Part shown: positions 10,470-23,039 of the stretch, piece after piece
How positions within the stretch are numbered: position 1 is the stretch's first letter
Layout of the letters: each line of letters opens with the position of its first letter
Source of the DNA: Antechinus flavipes
Taxonomy: Eukaryota
Length of the DNA stretch: 64,000 bases
NCBI RefSeq assembly: GCF_016432865.1
Contig: NC_067403.1
Location: 36,332,001-36,396,000, forward strand
Direction: 5' to 3'
Notes under the pieces: model-generated
Told to the model about the DNA's origin: nothing
Seen by the model: the letters and a program-made list of their open reading frames with translations, nothing else
The model's database searches: none
Program-made: the position numbers and the translations under genes

Positions 10470-13330
10470 ATTCTTATTGTTTTGAAATTTATTTTAAACT
10501 TAGTAACTATTAACAAAACAAACTTTCAGGTACCCAAAGAATAAAAATTTATTGTACAATAAATTAAATCTAAACTCCAATGTTAGCTTATATATTTACT
10601 TAAAAGTAAATAAATTTACTTAAATAACACTAATGAAAATATACTACTTTCCATGATGACTTCAGAAAATCTTTTTTGTCTCTGTAGTTTTCCAGGCTTT
10701 TTTGACTTTTACCCATATAATTCTCTAATTTATTCATTCTATATTATTTAATGTAATATTTCATATTTATTTGTATTGTTTATAGTACAGTAATTTTCAA
10801 TTATGTTCACATACAAGTATAGTCATTTCTCCCTTATTAGATATATTTCCTAGTTTTTAGCCACTGTAAGTAATATTTGGTATATATTTTTGTCTAAATA
10901 GTTTCCTTCTTTTCAATAACATCCTTTAAGTATGATCCTAAAAATAGGTTCACTGAGTCAAAGAATATGAGCAAAATTTTCTGCTTATTTTATATTGCCA
11001 TATATATACCCAGAGAGAGTGAATCAATAGTTCAATCAGTAATGTTATACTGTGCCTTTTTCTCCATAGTTCCCATCAATAATACAATAAATCATTTTAA
11101 ATTATCTTTAAATTAATAATAAAGTAATATCATAAAAGTTTGTACTGCTCCACAAATTAGATTGTTTGAACAGTTTGTCAAGTGTTTGCTAGTTAGTTAT
11201 AATTCTGAGAATAGTCCATTCATTAATAGTCTTTATGGAAATTTGTTAATATCTCAATTCTTTTTAGCTCTGTGGGAATAATCTGTATCAACCTTCTTCT
11301 ATGTTCTCACAAATTATGTTATTAATTTTTAATTTATTTTTTAATTCCTCTAGCAATTGCTATTTTTATTATACTCTGGTCTTGTTAAATACTTGCTTAT
11401 TTTTTTTGGTACTTATTTATATTTTCTTTGTATTCCAATAACATGATCTATTTTTTGTAAAGATGCAATATAGTACTGAGAATTATCTATTGAGAAGATG
11501 AGAAGATATCTATTGAGAAGTCTTTAGTGCAAAATTTTCTAATAGTTCTTTATTTTTCCCTTTTGTCTTTTTTTGTTAAATTTGTCCAACTGTGAAAGAG
11601 ATACATTAATGCCTTTTTCTATTATTGAATTACTATATGTTTCTTAATTGAATTTTCTTTTGTGAATTCATATTCAATATTAATGATGTTTCATTTCTAT
11701 GGTTTTTAAAGCAGAGTGCAATCTCCTTACTCTATTGATAGTATGAGTTTTAAAATACTGCTTTATCTGAAAACATAATTGCAAAGTCTAGTTTATTGAA
11801 ATTTTCTTGAAGCACAATAAATTCTGTCCCAAATATCATTTTAATTCTATATGTATCCTTTTAACATATGTTTCTTATGTATAAGATCATTAGATTTTGG
11901 TTTTTTTATCCATTCTGTCATTTTAATTTTATTCAATTATTTAATCTATTCACATTTAAAGTTATGATTGTTAGGCTTGTACTCACTTCATTTGTCTCTT
12001 TTAGATTTCTCTTTCAAAATCCTCTTCTTTTTTGTTATTACTTTTTTTCTTGCAATTTTCAATGCTTAAAATTAGATGTTAATTTTTCCATATGTGTTTT
12101 CTCTCCATTGTCCCATAAGCTTATTTTACCTCTTAGTCCTTGGATTTTATTGAAAATAATAATTTATTTTTATTTATTTAAGTTTTCTAATTTCCTAGTC
12201 AGTTAAATGCAGACTTCCTTCCTTCTGACTTATTTTTTTTAATATTATTTTTCTTTTACTTTGCTTTTCTTTTCTGAACAGGCAAAACATATTTCTGCAT
12301 TATTCCAAGAAGAAAAAGCAAGAAGTCGAGGAAATTCTGAGTTCATCAGTTTTCTTTACTGGATGTGGACAGCATGTTTTATTAGAAGTCCTTTGACCAT
12401 CAGAGTTATAGAGTTTGCCTAGTTCTGGCACAGGTCTTCACATGCTTTTTTGAAACCATTCCCTTTATCATTTTTTACAATACAATAATATTCTATTACA
12501 TTCATAAGCTACAACTTTTTCAGCCATCCTTCAGGTGATAGCCATCCCCTAAGTTTACAATTTAGTTTTAACTTTTGGGATACAATTCCAAATCATTTTC
12601 CAGAACAAATGGATTAATTATGCTTTTTTCTACAATGTTTTTCTTTGCTTTTTTTTCTTTATTACCCTTCTTCCTTTATGGTATTCTCTGAATTTTGTTT
12701 TCTGATTCATTGGCTATTCATATTTCTTCTTTATTTTCTATCTGGCCTTCAAGGAGTTAAAGCTTCTAAAGTACCACTTTTGAGCTTTCTTCTGACCAAT
12801 TTCTGTTTTTATAGATCTTGTTCAAACTCTCCTTTTCTGTTGTGCCTCACTCCTAAAAATGTTAGTTCATGCCTATAAATTACAAAACACCTTTGGACCC
12901 AGAAATACTATTCTAGACATATATATCCCAAAAATAATAAAGAGAGAAAAGACTCATATATACATCCAGATACTTAAAGCAGCTCTTTTTATCTTACAAG
13001 AAACTGTTAACTAAAATGGAGCCTACCTATTATGAAATGATTAAATAAATTCTAGTATATGAATGTAATGGAATATTATTGTATCACATGAAATAAGTGT
13101 ATTTTCAGAGGGCAACTAGGAAGACTTATATGAACTGATTCAGAGTAGGCAGAACCAGAATTTACACAATGACAACCATTATAAAGAGAAACTACTCTAA
13201 AATCCTTCAAAACTTTGTTGACTGATGCCTGTTTTTAGAAATGGAAATGAGGGAATTTGCTTTGCTTGACTATCCATATTTATTATAAGAATGTTTCTTT
13301 TTGTTCATTTTTGTAGAGGAAAGGAGGAGG
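10470..13330. mobile_element. Cluster of old L1 fragments (mostly minus; a plus-strand 3' end at ~12885-13330)
   Basis: Minus-strand ITLNVN endonuclease motif at ~11950-11975. Plus-strand ctttggacccagaaata...gaatgtaatggaatattatt ORF2 end. Confidence 0.6.
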
Positions 13331-13607
13331 GAGAGAAACATTTGAAAAAATAAAGAAATAATTAGTTCATCTAGAAAACAATATTTCATGGAACCAGCCC
13401 CATATGGTAGAAATTTTCCTGTGTCTCAAATCATGTGATTCAATCAGTCAATGAGCAATATACTTTTTGAGAAAGGACTGCATATTGTTTTTTGTAATTG
13501 GGAAAGAGGGAAAGAAGATTCTTCTGTCCAAATTAAATAAAAATGAAATGAATAAGAAAGCTTAAGATGGACACCAAAGCTTAAAGAGAATCTCAGTGAT
13601 GAATATG

Positions 13608-13682
13608 AGGAAGAGAAAATAGAGGAAGAAGGAAGAGGAAGAAGGAGAAGAAGAAAGAAGAGAAGAAGGAGGAGAATTCAAC
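13608..13682. repeat. Purine-only (GAA/GGA) low-complexity tract
   Basis: gaggaagagaaaatagaggaagaaggaagaggaagaaggagaagaagaaagaagagaagaaggaggag. Confidence 0.9.
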
Positions 13683-13994
13683 AGAAAAATAAGAGTAAGA
13701 AAGACTGCTAATTTTTCAGAGATGGATGTTGGTTATTCACATTTTTATATAGTGACTTAACGAAATTTGAGAGCCAACAAGGTTTGTGGAAGAACACAAA
13801 GATGTAAAATTTTAAATAGTACAAGCTTAGTTTTGGAACACTGGAAAGAAGAAGTTCTAAAAACATAAACAAAACCAAAACTAACCATGACATATATACA
13901 CATCCCAGTATAACTGAGAACGATTGTGTTCCAATAATTTCCTGGGTTTGTGTTGGCAGGACTCCCAAGTATTTATATCATCTGCAGTTATTTT

Positions 13995-14160
13995 TTATTT
14001 ATTTATTTATTTATTTATTTATTTTGCTGAGGCAATTGGGGTTGTGACTTGCCCAGGGTCACACAGCCAGGAAGTGTTAAGTGTCTGAGGTCAAATTTGA
14101 ACTCCAGTCCTCCTAACTTCAGGGTTGGTGCTCTATGCACTGTGCCACTCAACTGCCCCC
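13995..14160 (-). mobile_element. WSINE1-type SINE with (TTTA)n tail and TSD
   Basis: Full SINE body; TSD GCAGTTATTTT at 13984-13994 and 14161-14171. Confidence 0.92.
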
Positions 14161-14171
14161 GCAGTTATTTT

Positions 14172-17048
14172 AAAAAATATTTTTCCATCTCTTCCTGCTG
14201 GACTTTGTTGGTAATATATAGAAATGCTGATGATTTATGTGATTTATTTTATAACCTGCAACTTTGTTGAAGTCGTAAATTATTTCAGCTAGTGGTAGTT
14301 TTTTAATTTGATTCTTTAGGATTCTCTAAGTATAACATCATATCATCTGCAAATAGTGAAAATTTTGTTTCCTCATTGCCTATTTTTATTGCCTTCTTTA
14401 ATTTCTTTTGTCATTTGTTGCTATAATTAGCATTTCTAGAATAATATTAAGTAAAAGTGGTGAAAATGGGCATCCTTATTTCACCTGATAGTACTGAGAA
14501 AGCTTCCAGTTTCTCCCCTTCCCAGAAAGTATCTGCTGATGGTTTTAGATTTCAGTCATCATCTTATTCCTATGATTTCTATTGTTTTTTTAAAAATAGA
14601 AATAAGTGTTGTATTGTCAAATATTTTTCCTACATTTCTTGAGATAATCAATTGATTTTTGTTGTTTTTGATGTTGATATGGTCAATTTTGCTGATAATT
14701 TTCCTAATACTGAATCATCTCTATAATCCTAATAAAAATCCCAGCTAGTTATAATGTCTAATTTTTGTGATATAGTGCCATAATTTCTTTACTATTTAGA
14801 AATTTTAAGAAACATTTTTTGCATTAATGTTCATTAGAGAAATTTGTGACATTCCACAATTATGGGTATGTTGTTTCAGTTGTCATTCTATGAAATGAAA
14901 CAACTGTTATCTATGATTTGGTGGCTGACCCACTCATTTTTTAGGATTAGATTATTTTGTTGCTGTTGTTGCTCAGTCATTTCAGTTGTCTGATGCTTCA
15001 TGCCTCTCAATGTGCCTTCCAACCACTTCTGTTATCCCCTTCTCCTCCTACTTCCCCGTAGGATAAGATGTGTAGATGTTATTCCCTCTTTCAATCAATT
15101 CTGATAAGAGCAATGTTCAATTATTACTCACTACCTTTCCCCTCAGTCATCTTCCCTCCTCTACTGTAAAAGCCCTTCCTTGCGTACTTCTTTTAAGCAA
15201 TTATCATTTTTCCTACCCTTCTTCTCCCTTCTCCTCCCAGCACATCCCTCTTTTTCACTCCTTAATTTTGTTTTTTAAAAATCATCCTATCATACTCAAT
15301 TTACACCCATACCCTCTATGTATAATTCTTCCCACTGTCCTAATAATAAAAAAGTCCTTAGAAGTTACAAATATCATCTTTTCATATAGGAATATAAATA
15401 GGTTAACCTTATTACATTCCTTATGACTTCTCTTTCAGGTTTACCTTTTATTACTTCTCATGAATCTTATATTTCAAAGTAATATTTTTTATTCAACTCT
15501 TTTCATCAGGAAAGTCCTCTATTTCATCAAATATCTATTTTTCTCTTCAAAATTTATACTCAGTTTTGCTGAATACATGATTCTTGGTTATCATTTCACC
15601 TCCTTTACTTTCTACAGGTATCATTTAAAACCTCTGCTCCTTTTAAGTGGTAGCTACTAAATCTTGTGTTATACTGATTGTGACTCCACAATATTTGAAT
15701 CATTTCTTTCTGGCTACTTGAATGATTTTCTCCTTGACCTGGGAGCTCTGAAATTTAGCTACAATATTCTTGGGAGTTGCCATGATGGGATCTCTTTCAG
15801 GAAGTGGTCAGTAGAGTCTTTCAATTTCTATTTTTACCCTTTAATTTTAGGATATCACAGCAGTTTCCTAAATAATTTCTTAAAATATGTTAGCTAGGTT
15901 TTTGGTTTTTTTAAATCATGGTTTTCAGGTCTAACAATTCTTAGATTGTCTCTATTCAATGTTTTCAGATCAATGAGATTTTTCATCATTCTTCTGACTT
16001 TGTTTTGTTATTTTTTTGATGACTTACAGAATTGTTAGCCTTCATTTGCCCAATTACAATTTTTGAGGATTGTTTTCTTCAGTGCATTTTTTAATGTTTT
16101 TTTCCATTTAGCCAATTCTACTTTTTAAGGAGTCCTTTTTTTTTCCAGTGAATTTTTCCTGGCCAATTCTGCTTTTTAAGGAATTCTCTTCTCGGTTTTC
16201 CTTTAAGCTCTTTTCATCATTTTCTTGCATCACTTTCATTTCTTTCCCCAGTTTTCCCTCTCTCTCTTTCTTTTTTGATTTTTAAAAATCCTTTTTGAAC
16301 CTTTCCATGATTTCTATTTGGGTTTGTGAACAATTCATTTTTTTCCCTTTGAGGCTTTACTTGTAGCAGTTTTTGACTTTTTTTTTGAGTTTGTATCTTG
16401 ATCTTCCCTGTCACCATAATTTTTCATTGTTAGCTTCTTTTTCTATTGTTTGCTCATTTTCCCAGCCTATTTCTGGTGTTTATACTACGCTTGGCTCTGC
16501 TTCTGGGGTGAAAAGAGCACTGTTTCAAGCTTTAGGTATTTTGTATGCTGTTTTGAAAGTTAGTTCTGAGAGGGAGGGAAAAGAGGGAATCTATAAGTTT
16601 TTGATGTTTCTAACATGGTATGATCTCCATCCTAGAACTGGGCAGGGTCCTCTTCTTTGCCATGGAATTGTGACTAGGAACTGTGTAAGGGCAATGCAGC
16701 AGTGTCCTGAAGCCAGCATCAGCAAAAGGTCCCTTTCTGACCAGTTGTCCAACTCTTTAACTTCCCCTTCCCTCTGGGGCTCGAGAAGCTGGTGCTGCCA
16801 CTATTGCAGCTGCCTTGACATGAGGTGAGCCTCTGTTGTGTTCCCTGCCCAATCATCACCCAGGTGAGACACTTTTCCTGCTGACCTCCAAAGTTGTCTG
16901 GAACTAGAATACTGTTTTACCAGAACCTTTTGTTGGCTCTGCCACTCCAAAAATATATTTGGGGTGTTCATTTTAATGTTATTTGGAAAGGAATTTGGGA
17001 GAGTTCAGATGAATTCTTGCCAACTTGGACACCTTGGTTCCACCCCCT
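14172..17048 (-). mobile_element. Older L1 pieces: RT fragment (~14180-14830), spacer/ORF1 (~15020-16450) and 5'UTR to the 5' end (~17048)
   Basis: Antisense RT pattern tatagaaatgctgatgatt..., an ORF1-type pattern, and a terminus ccttggttccaccccc whose reverse complement resembles the L1 start GGGGCGGAGCCAAGATGG. Confidence 0.65.
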
Positions 17049-17559
17049 AGAAGCTCCATTAAATGGTTTAATTATAATTTCAACAAGGATGATTCTCAGA
17101 TTTATATATATTCATTCTTGATCTCTTTCCTGAACTCTCTCATCATGAATGACCTATTAGACAATTTGAACTGTATGTCTGATAAAATCTCAACTTTTGC
17201 AGATCCAAAACAGAATTCATTATTTCTGCTCCCGCCCCCCCAAAACCCAAATCTACTGTTTTTCTATACTTTTCCTATATTTATGGATGGTTCTTCTGGT
17301 TGCTCAGGTTTGTAAGTTTATTGTCATCCTCAGCAACTTATTTTCCTTTCTTTCATATACTGAATGAACCAAGTGACAAACCCTAAATTTTGTCTATCGC
17401 TTAGGTCTTCATCACACGTTGGTTGACCTACTGTAAAAAGTCTCTTAAATGAGTGTTTGGATATCAAGTGTTTGATAAACCCAAAAGATCCCAGATTTGG
17501 GGATAAGAACTTAGTATTTGACAAAACCTGCTGTGAAAACTGAAAAACAGCATGAAAAA

Positions 17560-18714
17560 CTGAAAAACAAGTATAGAGCAATATCTTACACCAAAATAAG
17601 ATCTAAATGTATATATGATTTAAAAACATAAATAGTAATACTATAAGTAAAAATAAGGAATAAATTAATTAATTAATAAATTAAGGAATGTCAGACGTAT
17701 AGAAAAAGGAAGACTTTATGACCAAGCAAGAGATAGGAAGAAGCACTACTAGATTAAAATTGACAACTTTGATTATATGAATTTTTAAAAAAGTTTTGAC
17801 CAATAGAACCCACACAACCAAGATTAGAAGGAAAGCAGAAAGCTGGGAAACAATTTTTACAGCAAATATCTCTGCTAAAGACTTCATTCCTCAAATACAT
17901 AGAGAATTGGTTCAAATTTAGAAGAACACAAGTCATTCCTCAAAGAATATGAAAAGGCAGTTTTTAGATGAAGAAATCAAAGCTATCCATAGTTATATTT
18001 TAAAAATTCTCTAAATCAACACTGATTAGAGAAAAACAAATTGAAATGACTATGAAGTACTACCTTATTCCTATGAGATTAGTTTATGTGACAGAAAAGG
18101 AAAATAATAAATGTTGGAGGGGATGTAGGAAAAATGGGAGCTGTAAATTAGTCCAACCATGTTGTACAATAGTTTTCTATAAAAATTGTACATACCTTTT
18201 GATTTAGCAAAGCCACTATTGGGTCTATATCCCAAAAAGATATAACAAGGATTTATCTATCTGTACAAAAATATTTATAACATCTGTTTGATATTGAGGG
18301 GATGCCCTCAATGCAAAGTGAAATGAGCAGAACAAAGAGAACACTGTACACAGTAACAGTAACATACGATGATCAACTGTGAATGACTTAGCTGTTCTCA
18401 GCAATATAATGATGCAAGACAATTCCAAAAGATTTGGAAAATGCTATTTGTATCCAGAGAAAGAATTGATTGAGTTTGAACGCAGATATAGTTTTCACTT
18501 TCTGTATTTTTTACCCTTAGAGTCTGTGTCTTTCACAATATGACAAATATGGCAATGTGTTTTGCATGATCAAATACACATAATCCATATCAAATTGCTG
18601 TCTCAGGGAAGGAGATGAGGGAAAGAAAGAAAATTTGGAAATCAAAAGTTTTTTTAATGAATGTAAAAAATTGTCGAATTGTCTTCATTTGTAACTAGGG
18701 AATAAATTTTATAT

Positions 18715-18715
<1 letters not shown>
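17560..18715 (+). mobile_element. Old L1 ORF2 3' part and 3'UTR
   Basis: agattagaaggaaagcagaaagctggg..., catacctttgatttagca..., aaatgagcagaacaaagagaac. Confidence 0.75.
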
Positions 18716-18747
<32 letters not shown>

Positions 18748-18799
18748 ACACATATAAAGTCCTGATTTCATAAAAAAGAAAAAAGCCTCTTATTTGGAC

Positions 18800-19340
18800 T
18801 ACCTCAAGGTCCTTCTTACAAAAATCATTCTACACAGAGATACAGAAGTCATTTTCCTAACTGACAATGTCTGACAATGTCACTGTTCCCTTACTCAAAA
18901 CATTCCAAAGATTCTCTCTTACTTGTTGGATCAAATGTAAACTTCTCTGTCTAGTAAAGTTCTTCACAATCTAGTTCCATTAGACCTTTCTAGACTTCTT
19001 ATATGTTACATACTTTACCCCTCTATTGTTCCTTGAAATTGGGTTTCTTATCGTTCTTCACACAGGGCCCTCCATCTCTTATCTCCAGCCTCTGCAATGG
19101 TCTTTCTCCACCCCAGAATGCCTTCCTTCCTCACCTGCACCTCCAAGAATTCTCATCTTTCTTTAAGGTTCAGCTCAATCCCTCCCTACAAGAAGCTTCT
19201 CTTTAAAAACCTTCTATAATATTTCTCCCTCAAATAACAAATTTCTTCAATTTATATCACATTTTCTTATATATATATACATACTGTCTCCTACCCTCCT
19301 AGACTCTAAGTTCCTTGAGGGAAGAGAACATTTCACTTTT
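18800..19340 (+). mobile_element. L2 3' end
   Basis: Typical L2 tail: ...cagaatgccttccttcctcacc...ctagactctaagttccttgagggaagag. Confidence 0.7.
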
Positions 19341-19570
19341 AATAGCTTACATTTACATAGCACTCTGAGCTGGATGCTTTCCAATGATTGTTTTCATTTG
19401 ATCATCACAATAACCCTATTTTTATCACTACTTAATAGAGGAGGAATCTGAGGCAGACAGGTTAAATGACTTGCTCAGGATCACACAAACAAAAAGTGTT
19501 TGACCCCAGATTTTAATTGTTATTGACTCCAGACATGGCTCTCTCTCCACTATATCTTTTAGCTGCCCCA
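19341..19570 (-). mobile_element. MIR/MAR-type CORE SINE (old)
   Basis: catttgatcatcacaataaccct...gaggaatctgaggcag...gacttgctcaggatcacac...tagctgcccc. Confidence 0.75.
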
Positions 19571-20223
19571 AATTCTCAAGGCCTAGTATTCTAAAAATGC
19601 AAGAGGAGAATGGGCTCCCAGTGTGAGAGTTATTTCTATCACTTTTCTGCCTTTGTTGTGCTTTCTCAGTAAATGTCCTGCCACAGAAATGAATAAAGAT
19701 CTACTGGTTAAAAGAAATTGGCCCTAGAGGCAGTCAATAGAGGCTCCTGAGTAATGACAGCAGAAGCCACAATGCTTTAAGGTAACCCACAGGATCCTGA
19801 GGGGAGTATCCTTCCTTCTGGGAATCTGAGCTGCCAGTCTAAAGGAGAGCGAGAAAGAGAACCCTGAAGGTGGGCTCAAATAGTATTTACTATAGCTGAG
19901 GGGAATTCTATGGCTATCCTGCTTTATCAAGATCTTAGCATAGCCTCTGGTGAAGTATCTTATACTGCCCATGGGGAGAAGCTAGAGAAAAAAGCACCCT
20001 CGGAGCTGGTTGGCTGACTGGCCAGTTAGTGGTGCAGTAGATAGAGTTGGGAAAATCTGGGTTTAAATCTGGCCTCTGACACTGGCTGCAGGCCAAGAAC
20101 TTTACTATTTGCCTTAGTATCCTCAATAGTAGAATGACACAATGTAGAATTCCTCAAATGTAAAGTGATAACAGTACCTACCCCTTAGGGTGGTTGTAGG
20201 GATGGCCTCTGTACCTATTTTTT

Positions 20224-21358
20224 TTAAAATAACTTTTTACTGACAGAACCCATGACAGGGTAATTTTTTTTTACAGTATTATCCCTTGTATTCACTTCTG
20301 TTCTGATTTTTCCCCTCCCTCCCTCAACCCCCTCCCCTGGATGGCAAGCAGTCCTTTACATGTTGAATAGATTACAGTATATCCTAGATACAATATACGT
20401 GTGCAGAACCAAACAGTTTTCTTGTTGCACAGGGAGAACTGAATTCAGAAGGTAGAAATAACCCGGGAAGAAAAACAAAAATGCAAGCAGTTTATATTCA
20501 TTTCCCAGTGTTCTTTCTCTGGGTGTAGCTGCTTCTGTCCATCTTTGATCTGAATTAACTCTCTTTATCGAAGAGATCCACTTCCCTCAGAATACTTCCT
20601 CAAACAGTATCATTGTTGAGGTATATAATGATCTCCTGGTTCTGCTCATTTCACTCAGCATCAGTTCATGTAAGTCTTGCCAGTCCTCTCTGTATTCATC
20701 CTGCTGGTCATTCCTTACAGAACAATAATATTCCATAACATTCATATATCACAGTTTACTCAACCATTCTCCAATTGATGGACATCCTTTCATTTTCCAG
20801 CTTCTAGCCACTACAAACAGGGCTGCCACAAACATTTTGGCACATACAGGTCCTTTTCCTTTCTTTAGTATCTCTTTGGGGTATAAGCCCAGTAGAAACA
20901 CTGCTGGATCAAAGGGTATGCACAGTTTGATCACTTTTTGAGCATAGTTCCAAATTGCTCTCCAGAATGGCTGGATGTGTTCACAATTCCACCAACGATG
21001 TATCAGTGTCCCTGTTTTCCCACATCCCCTCCAACATTCCCCATTATCTTTCCCTGTCATTCTAGTTAATCTGACAGGTGTGTAGTGGTATCTCAGAGTT
21101 GTCTTAATTTGCATTTCTCTGATTAATAATGATTTGGAGCATATTTTCATATGTCTATAAATAGTTTCAATTTCTTCGTCTAAGAATTGTCTGTTCATAT
21201 CCTTTGACCATTTATCAATTGGAGAATGGTTTGATTTCTTATAAATTAGAGTCAATTCTCTATATATTTTGGAAATGAGGCCTTTATCAGAACCTTTGTA
21301 AAAATGTTTTCCCAGTTTATTATTTCCCTTCTAATCTTGTCTGCATTTGTTTTGTTTT
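20224..21358 (-). mobile_element. Young 5'-truncated L1 (~1.1 kb) with 17-bp TSD
   Basis: The 20749-21255 ORF is the ORF2 C-terminus (CWRGCGKTGTLIH). TSD CTCTGTACCTATTTTTT at 20207-20223 and 21359-21375. Confidence 0.93.
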
Positions 21359-21685
21359 CTCTGTACCTATTTTTTGAAGCCTAGAGTATGGTGTGTGGCA
21401 CAATAGTTTAAAGACAAAATGTTGTTAAAAGACAAAATGAGATAGTAAAATGTGAAGCACTTTGTAGACTTTCAAATTTTCTACAAATAGCTATTTTTTT
21501 CTGCTGGGATTGTGCTTTGGTGTCTATATTCCCATGACTAGTACAGGCCTTGATATATAACAGGCACTTAATCAATATGCATTTGATTTTAAAGATTATT
21601 ACATAGAGGGATGTAGAGGGCCGGAACTCTAGAGAAATATACTTGAAACAAGAATTTACAACCCAATTTCAAGGGTTTCCTCACT

Positions 21686-21759
21686 TTCCTCCTCTATTAA
21701 GTAGTGATAAAAATAGGGTTATTGTGATGATCAAATGAAAACAATCATTGGAAAGCATC
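21686..21759 (-). repeat. 74-bp perfect inverted copy of 19373-19446
   Basis: Checked base by base: 74/74 reverse-complement identity. Confidence 0.97.
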
Positions 21760-22010
21760 TAGGAGGGTATAAACTCAGGAGAATTGATGAGATGATGGTT
21801 CTCTAGTTCACATATATACTTAGTATGATGATATAATGGTTCTCTAAGTTCACACATAATCAGTATGCTGTAATGATGTATTTACAATAAGGTATAAAAG
21901 GGCTAAGAAGGACTGGAAGATAGACAATCTATCTTTAACCAGCCTCGTGGTGGCTCTCATGCCTCCTGCACTAAGATCAAGACTATGCCAGAATAAAGAA
22001 TCTAGACTCT

Positions 22011-22226
22011 TTTCAAAGTCCGATTCTTTTTGTGCAGCAAAATAACTGTATGGACATGTACACATATATTGTATTTAACTTATACTCTTACATATTTAAC
22101 ATGTATTGGTCAACCTGCCATCTGGGGGAGAGGGTGGGGGGAAGGAGAGGAAAAGTTGGAACAAAAGGTTCAATGCTGTAAAATTACCCATGCATATATC
22201 TTGTAAATAAAAAGCTATATATAAAA
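22011..22226 (+). mobile_element. Short L1 3'UTR insertion nested in the LTR
   Basis: G-rich L1 3'UTR with AATAAA and A-tail; TSD AAAGAATCTAGACTCT at 21995-22010 and 22227-22242. Confidence 0.9.
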
Positions 22227-23039
22227 AAAGAATCTAGACTCTATTCTTGACCGAATTTCTCGTGGTGTCTAATCTGCTGAGACCAAGGCCCATCCGAAGG
22301 ACCTCCAGAAAGCTAGCCCCAACATTACGGAGGGAGAGAAAGAATACTTTTTAAAATTAGGAATGGATATACAGATCTGTCTTTTTTACTTTTTTTTGGA
22401 TTCATTAGAGAAGAAGTTTGTTTTTCTCACATCACACTACACTTGGTAACATTTTTAGGAAGGAATTACCCTATGCTGATGTATCAATAACAAAGATATT
22501 AAACAACAAACTATCATCCTGTGGGTATGTGGTCAATTTCGAAGGAGAATGAGAAAAGAGAATGTCTATTAGATACCATTCATGAAAGAAAACATTCCTC
22601 TTTATTAAAGCATCTTGTCTTTCTTTTCCTTCCACAAAGCTTTTCCTAGTTAAGAAGCTCTGATCTATATACCCCATCACTAAAGAAAACATGGGAATAT
22701 AGAAAACTAAGATGAGAGAGAATAAATGGTAAAGCATTCAGAAACAGTATCATTTAATTCGTTAACACGTCTGCGGGTAAGGACCCTGTCTAGTCCCCCG
22801 ACATCAACGCCATTCAAGTCCTTGACAGCATTTCTAGTCTAAGGTTCTAAGGGTTAAGCCACATAACCATTCGCGGTTCGGAGACTTGCCCCGTGACAGG
22901 ACTGTGGCGATATAGCACTAGACTCTGTCTGGTTTCAGAGAAACTCTCCCCAAACATCATTCCCAGAGAAAACCCAGCAGACAGAAACGCCCAGCCAAGC
23001 CCTCCCTCCCTCCTCCTTCCCCGTTAAGTCTTTGTTCAG

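Larger units (their letters stand above)
21612..22329 (+). mobile_element. Solo ERV LTR (6-bp TSD, probably class II) with two secondary insertions
   Basis: Starts TGTAGAGGGCCGGAACTCT and ends CCCCAACATTACG (CA>CG). TSD GAGGGA at 21606-21611 and 22330-22335. TATAAAA at 21893, AATAAA at 21992, and a ~40-bp tandem U3 repeat. Confidence 0.75.

Noticed and set aside
11484-11520. Small tandem duplications (TATCTATTGAGAAG x2; also ~17545-17570 and ~18861-18881)
   Set aside because: These are ordinary slippage events inside old repeats.
21330-21358. Two L1s (ending 21358 and ~51892) truncated at a similar ORF2 position
   Set aside because: Two cases are too few, and truncation near 1 kb is common.
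21785-21880. Spaced ~40-bp repeats resembling an array
   Set aside because: They are tandem U3 repeats of an LTR with only about two units and no unique spacers; this is not a CRISPR array.
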